Assembly (NCBI RefSeq): GCF_000940845.1
Contig: NZ_CP010341.1
Span: 1,170,001 to 1,202,000 of the forward strand
Direction: 5' to 3'
Length of the DNA: 32,000 nucleotides
From: Propionibacterium freudenreichii subsp. freudenreichii
GTDB lineage: Bacteria > Actinomycetota > Actinomycetes > Propionibacteriales > Propionibacteriaceae
Below, piece by piece: positions 28,422-32,000 of the stretch (position 1 is the first letter of the stretch; each line of letters opens with the position of its first letter). The notes beneath the pieces are model-generated. The model ran no database searches. It was not told the DNA's origin and worked only from the letters and a program-made list of their open reading frames with translations. The position numbers and the translations under genes were made by a program.

Positions 28422-28950
28422 GGAACCGATCGACCCCGACCCCGGCCCGGAGCACACCTGGCGCCCCGGCGTCAGGTTGTGCCTGGACTGGGGCAAGGCC
28501 CGCATCGGGGTCGCCGCCTGCGACCGTGACGGCCTGCTGGCCTATCCGGTCGAGACGGTGGCGAACGGATCGGGCACGATGAAGCGGTTGAAGGCGCTGG
28601 TGGACGAGTACGAGCCCTTCGAGATCATCATGGGCATGCCCACCGACCTGCGCGGTCGGCAGGGGATCGCCGCCTCAGCCATGATCGACAACGCCCGCCG
28701 TGTCACGCGGGCGTTGCACCGCGACGTGCGATTGGTCGACGAACGACTCACCACGGCCGCCGCGACACGTAGGCTGGCTGCGGCGGGCCGTGATTCGCGG
28801 CACCGTCGATCGGTGATTGACCAGGCGGCCGCAGTGGCCATCCTGGAGCAGGCCATCGAGATGGAAAAGAGATCCGGGCACGCGCCGGGAGAACTGGTGA
28901 GTCACGAGACGGAGGAATCGCAAGGTGGCGGGACCCAAGCGGGCGGCTGA
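28405..28950 (+). CDS. ruvX: Holliday junction resolvase-like putative pre-16S rRNA nuclease RuvX/YqgF
   Basis: LCLDWGKARIGVAACD, IIMGMPTDLRGRQG and VRLVDERLTT are present. ATG 28405 overlaps the alaS 3' end by 17 nt. A Pro/Asp-rich N-terminal leader is usual in actinobacterial orthologues. The start is moderately uncertain. Confidence 0.82.
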   Translation: MSSRAEEPIDPDPGPEHTWRPGVRLCLDWGKARIGVAACDRDGLLAYPVETVANGSGTMKRLKALVDEYEPFEIIMGMPTDLRGRQGIAASAMIDNARRVTRALHRDVRLVDERLTTAAATRRLAAAGRDSRHRRSVIDQAAAVAILEQAIEMEKRSGHAPGELVSHETEESQGGGTQAGG

Positions 28951-30157
28951 CGAGGACGCCGAGGACCTGTATCTTCCCGCGAGCCGTGGCGAGGAACCCG
29001 AACCGATCCGATCCGGGGCGGCCACCGAGGGGCCCCATGGCCCGGCGGCATCCGGTGGGGAACAACCTCCCCTCATTACGATGACGCGGGACTACCACCG
29101 CACGCCGGGATCGTGGCTGAAGTCGGTGATCGCCGTGCTCGTGAGCCTGGCGGTGATCGGCGGTGGTGGCTTCCTGATCTACCACAAGGTCACCGAATAT
29201 CAGGGCGCCGATTACACCGGTGCCGGGCAGAGCGACGTCACGGTGACGGTGAAGTCGGGTGAATCGGTGTCGCAGATGGGCGACCTGCTGGTGGCCGAGG
29301 ACGTGGTGGCCTCCCGCAATGCCTTCATGCGCGCCGCCAAGAAGGAGAAGCGCACCAACAACATCCAGGCCGGCACCTACAAGATGAAGACCCGGATGCC
29401 CGCGGCCGACGTCGTCGCAGTGCTCGTCGATCCGTCGAACATCGTCAACAATCGCTTCACGGTTCCGGAGGGCCTGCGCAACACCCACGTGCTGGAACAG
29501 GTGAGCTCGGCCACCGGCATCGCGCTGGGACAACTGACCGCGGCCTCCAAGGATCCCTCGCTGCCGGTGCCGTCCTATGCCCAGGGCAGTTCCGAGGGCT
29601 TCCTGTTCCCCGACACCTACACCTTCGAGCCCGACTTCACCGCGTCCCAGGTGCTGACCCGGATGGTCGATCGGTTCAACCAGGTGGCCGCTGACGAGAA
29701 CCTGGAGAAGCGTGCGGCTGCGGCCGGTCGGTCGCCCCATGATGTGTTGGTGGTGGCCAGCATCATCGAGCGGGAGACCTCCGACCACAAATATGCCCCG
29801 CTCGTGGCCGAGGTGATCTACAACCGGCTCGCCCAGGGCATGCGGCTGCAATCGGACGCCACGGTTGCCTACGCCAACAACCTGGAGGGCAAGGTCACCA
29901 CCACCGACGAGGAGCGGGGGCTCAACTCGCCCTACAACACCTACATGGTCGACGGGCTCCCGCCGACGCCGATCTCCAATCCCGGCAAGGCTGCCATCGA
30001 TGCGGCGCTGGCGCCGGCGAGCGGCGACTATCTCTACTTCGTCACGGTGAACCTCGACACGGGGGAGACCAAGTTCGCCTCGGATTCGGCGGGTCACGAC
30101 CAGAACGTCAAGGAGTTCCAGACCTGGTGCCAGGCCAACTCGGATCACTGCAAGTAG
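28925..30157 (+). CDS. mltG: Endolytic murein transglycosylase MltG (YceG family)
   Basis: It has a single TM (SVIAVLVSLAVIGGGGFLIY) after a disordered cytoplasmic N-terminus. YceG motifs FTVPEGL, ASIIERE (catalytic Glu), LQSDATVAY and YNTYMVDGLPPTPISNPG are present. GTG 28925 overlaps ruvX by 26 nt, and ATG 29081 is an alternative start. Confidence 0.88.
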   Translation: MAGPKRAADEDAEDLYLPASRGEEPEPIRSGAATEGPHGPAASGGEQPPLITMTRDYHRTPGSWLKSVIAVLVSLAVIGGGGFLIYHKVTEYQGADYTGAGQSDVTVTVKSGESVSQMGDLLVAEDVVASRNAFMRAAKKEKRTNNIQAGTYKMKTRMPAADVVAVLVDPSNIVNNRFTVPEGLRNTHVLEQVSSATGIALGQLTAASKDPSLPVPSYAQGSSEGFLFPDTYTFEPDFTASQVLTRMVDRFNQVAADENLEKRAAAAGRSPHDVLVVASIIERETSDHKYAPLVAEVIYNRLAQGMRLQSDATVAYANNLEGKVTTTDEERGLNSPYNTYMVDGLPPTPISNPGKAAIDAALAPASGDYLYFVTVNLDTGETKFASDSAGHDQNVKEFQTWCQANSDHCK

Positions 30158-30230
30158 AACAACACTGCAAGTAGAAGAACAGGGCACGCAGCAGAACCGG
30201 GCAGCTCGAAGAACAGGGCACCTGGGAAAC
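30146..30230. repeat. Five-unit degenerate tandem array, period about 17 nt, spanning the mltG stop and the mltG-aroC spacer
   Basis: The units are CACTGCAAGTAGAACAA, CACTGCAAGTAGAAGAA, CAGGGCACGCAGCAGAAC, CGGGCAGCTCGAAGAA and CAGGGCACCTGGGAAAC. Units 1 and 2 are 16/17 identical. GAAGAACAGGGCAC recurs exactly at 30174-30187 and 30208-30221. Confidence 0.8.
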
Positions 30231-30294
30231 CCGACCCGGCGCGGGCCACGGACGCGATCGCGGGACGGGCAGCGCAGCTGGGATAATGGGAGCC

Positions 30295-31497
30295 ATGTTG
30301 CGCTATCTCACCGCTGGTGAATCCCACGGCCGTGCCCTCGTCTCGACAATGGACGGCCTGCCGGCCCATGTGCGCATCTCCACGGCAGACCTGCAGACCG
30401 CACTGGCACGTCGCCGGCTGGGTGCCGGGCGGGGCGCCCGCATGAAGTTCGAGGCCGATGAGGTCACGATGCTCGCCGGGGTGCGCCACGGCGAGACGCT
30501 GGGTTCCCCGATCGCCGTGATGATCGGCAACACGGAATGGCCCAAGTGGGAACAGGTCATGAGCCCCGATCAGGTCGACCCCGAGGTCCTGGCCTCGCTG
30601 GCGCGCAATGCGAAGCTCACCCGTCCGCGTCCGGGTCACGTCGACCTCGCCGGGATGCAGAAATACGACTGGGACGAGGCGCGCCCCGTGCTGGAACGGG
30701 CAAGCGCCCGCGAGACCGCGGCGCGGGTGGTGCTGGGTGAATTCGCCAAGCAGTTCCTGGCCCAGGGCTTCGGCATCACCGTGCTCAGCCATGTGGTGCA
30801 GATCGGTCAGGTCAGGGCCCACGTCGCCGAACCGCCGCGGATGGCCGACCTGGCGCACATCGATGACGATCCGGTGCGCTGCCTCGACCGCGAGGCGAGC
30901 GCTGCCATGCAGGCCGAGATCGAGCAGTGCCGCAAGGACGGCGACACCCTCGGCGGGGTCGTCGAAGTACTCGCCTGGGGCTGCCCGCCCGGGCTGGGCT
31001 CCATGCGTGAGGGGGACACCCGTCTGGACGCACGGTTGGCGAGCGCCCTGATGGGCATCCAGGCGATCAAGGGCGTGGAGATCGGCGACGGCTTCGACCT
31101 CGCCTCGGTGCGCGGCAGTCAGGCGCACGACGAGATCGAGCCCGGGCCCCACGGCATCCGGCGCATCAGTGGTCGCGCCGGGGGCACCGAGGGGGGCATC
31201 AGCACCGGTGAGGTGCTGCGCGCCCGCGCCGCCATGAAGCCGATCGCCACCGTTCCCCGCGCCCTGCGCACCCTGGACGTCACCACCGGTGAGGCCACGA
31301 CCGCCCACAACCAGCGCTCCGACGTCTGTGCGGTGCCCGCCGCCGGGGTCGTCGCGGAGGCGATGATGGCCCTTGTGGTGGCACAGGCCTGCCTGGAGAA
31401 GTTCGGCGGCGACTCGCTGTCCGAGACGCGGCGCAACTACCTGGCCTACCTCAAGCGCCTGCGCGATCGTGGACTGGGCGTGGCCGAATCCCTATGA
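30295..31497 (+). CDS. aroC: Chorismate synthase
   Basis: [37 protein letters not shown] and [13 protein letters not shown] are present. ATG 30295 matches homologue N-termini, and ATG 30286 (3 codons longer) is an alternative start. Confidence 0.94.
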   Translation: MLRYLTAGESHGRALVSTMDGLPAHVRISTADLQTALARRRLGAGRGARMKFEADEVTMLAGVRHGETLGSPIAVMIGNTEWPKWEQVMSPDQVDPEVLASLARNAKLTRPRPGHVDLAGMQKYDWDEARPVLERASARETAARVVLGEFAKQFLAQGFGITVLSHVVQIGQVRAHVAEPPRMADLAHIDDDPVRCLDREASAAMQAEIEQCRKDGDTLGGVVEVLAWGCPPGLGSMREGDTRLDARLASALMGIQAIKGVEIGDGFDLASVRGSQAHDEIEPGPHGIRRISGRAGGTEGGISTGEVLRARAAMKPIATVPRALRTLDVTTGEATTAHNQRSDVCAVPAAGVVAEAMMALVVAQACLEKFGGDSLSETRRNYLAYLKRLRDRGLGVAESL

Positions 31498-32000
31498 GCC
31501 ACCCAACGCCACGACCCCGCAAGCAGCCCGGGGTCATTCGACAGGTCATCCTCGTGGGATTGCCCGGCGTCGGAAAGACCACGGTCGGGCACCTGCTCGC
31601 CCGCCGACACGGCCTGGACTTCGTGGATGTCGACGATTTCCTCGAGCGGCAGCAGGGCATGACCGTGGCCGAGATCTTCGCCCAACAGGGGGAGCAGGCC
31701 TTCCGTGACCTCGAGGCGCAGGCAACCGCCGAATTGCTCGACGACGCGGGCGTCATCGCGCTGGGCGGGGGAGCAGTCGTCAACCCCGTGGTCCGTGGCG
31801 CCCTGGCCGGGCGATGCGTGGTCTGGTTGACCGCCTCGGTGGCACAGGGCGTGGAACGTATCGGCCAGACGACACACCGCCCGCTGATGCGCGGCGATGT
31901 GTCCTCGACCCTTGAGCGACTGCGCCACGAACGAGAGCACTTCTATGCCCAGGTGGCTCGTCATCGGGTCGATACCGATGCACGCCCCGCTGGCGAGGTG
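31494..32000 (+). CDS. aroK: Shikimate kinase (3' end beyond the window)
   Basis: ATG 31494 overlaps the aroC stop (ATGA), and the frame is open to the window end (169 codons). Walker [26 protein letters not shown] and LGGGAV are present. Confidence 0.88.
   Translation, partial: MSHPTPRPRKQPGVIRQVILVGLPGVGKTTVGHLLARRHGLDFVDVDDFLERQQGMTVAEIFAQQGEQAFRDLEAQATAELLDDAGVIALGGGAVVNPVVRGALAGRCVVWLTASVAQGVERIGQTTHRPLMRGDVSSTLERLRHEREHFYAQVARHRVDTDARPAGEV

Noticed and set aside
26181-28505. A 774-aa minus-strand ORF antisense to alaS.
   Set aside because: Same reasoning: the sense strand encodes a complete, motif-rich AlaRS, and the antisense product is low-complexity with no motifs.
30155-30286. The frame stays open for 42 codons after the mltG TAG stop, down to the TAA at 30284-30286, suggesting stop-codon readthrough.
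   Set aside because: Open frames after stops are common at this GC content. The region has a 17-nt (non-triplet) periodicity, and the hypothetical extension has no recognisable features.
1-32000. A search for CRISPR arrays, mobile elements, tRNA/rRNA genes and defence or toxin-antitoxin modules.
   Set aside because: The only repeats are tandem units of 2-5 copies and about 17 nt, without spacers. No transposase, integrase, recombinase, nuclease-NTPase pair or small two-gene TA-like cassette is present. No cloverleaf-like sequence was seen in the short intergenic regions. This was a visual inspection only; tRNAscan and Infernal scans would settle it.

Overview
This window is high-GC actinobacterial chromosomal backbone (GC judged by eye, not computed). 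It is tightly packed and almost entirely on the + strand. I call 28 CDS. In order they are: the distal his cluster (hisD partial, hisC, hisB, hisH, hisA/priA) ending in a translationally coupled two-domain GNAT; yebC; ruvC-ruvA-ruvB behind a LexA/SOS box; yajC-secD-secF-apt-rel; a convergent DUF349 gene, the only minus-strand gene; an MBL-fold hydrolase coupled to hisS; a two-gene insertion (alpha-acetolactate decarboxylase plus an orphan GT-B-like protein); aspS; rarA; an LDH/MDH-family dehydrogenase; alaS-ruvX-mltG; and aroC-aroK (partial). Many junctions are 1-26 nt start/stop overlaps (ATGA, GTGA, TGATG), which implies long co-translated operons. By eye I found no rRNA, tRNA, CRISPR array, transposase, integrase or phage gene. 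I do not see a convincing novel multi-gene system; this looks like an ordinary core region. The modest leads are: (i) the accessory pair between hisS and aspS; (ii) the tandem GNAT fused onto the his operon; (iii) an LDH-family enzyme with an enlarged specificity loop; and (iv) three separate intergenic tandem repeats of about 17 bp (6274-6309, 18739-18771, 30146-30230), the last being a five-unit degenerate array. All long antisense ORFs in the track are treated as high-GC artefacts.
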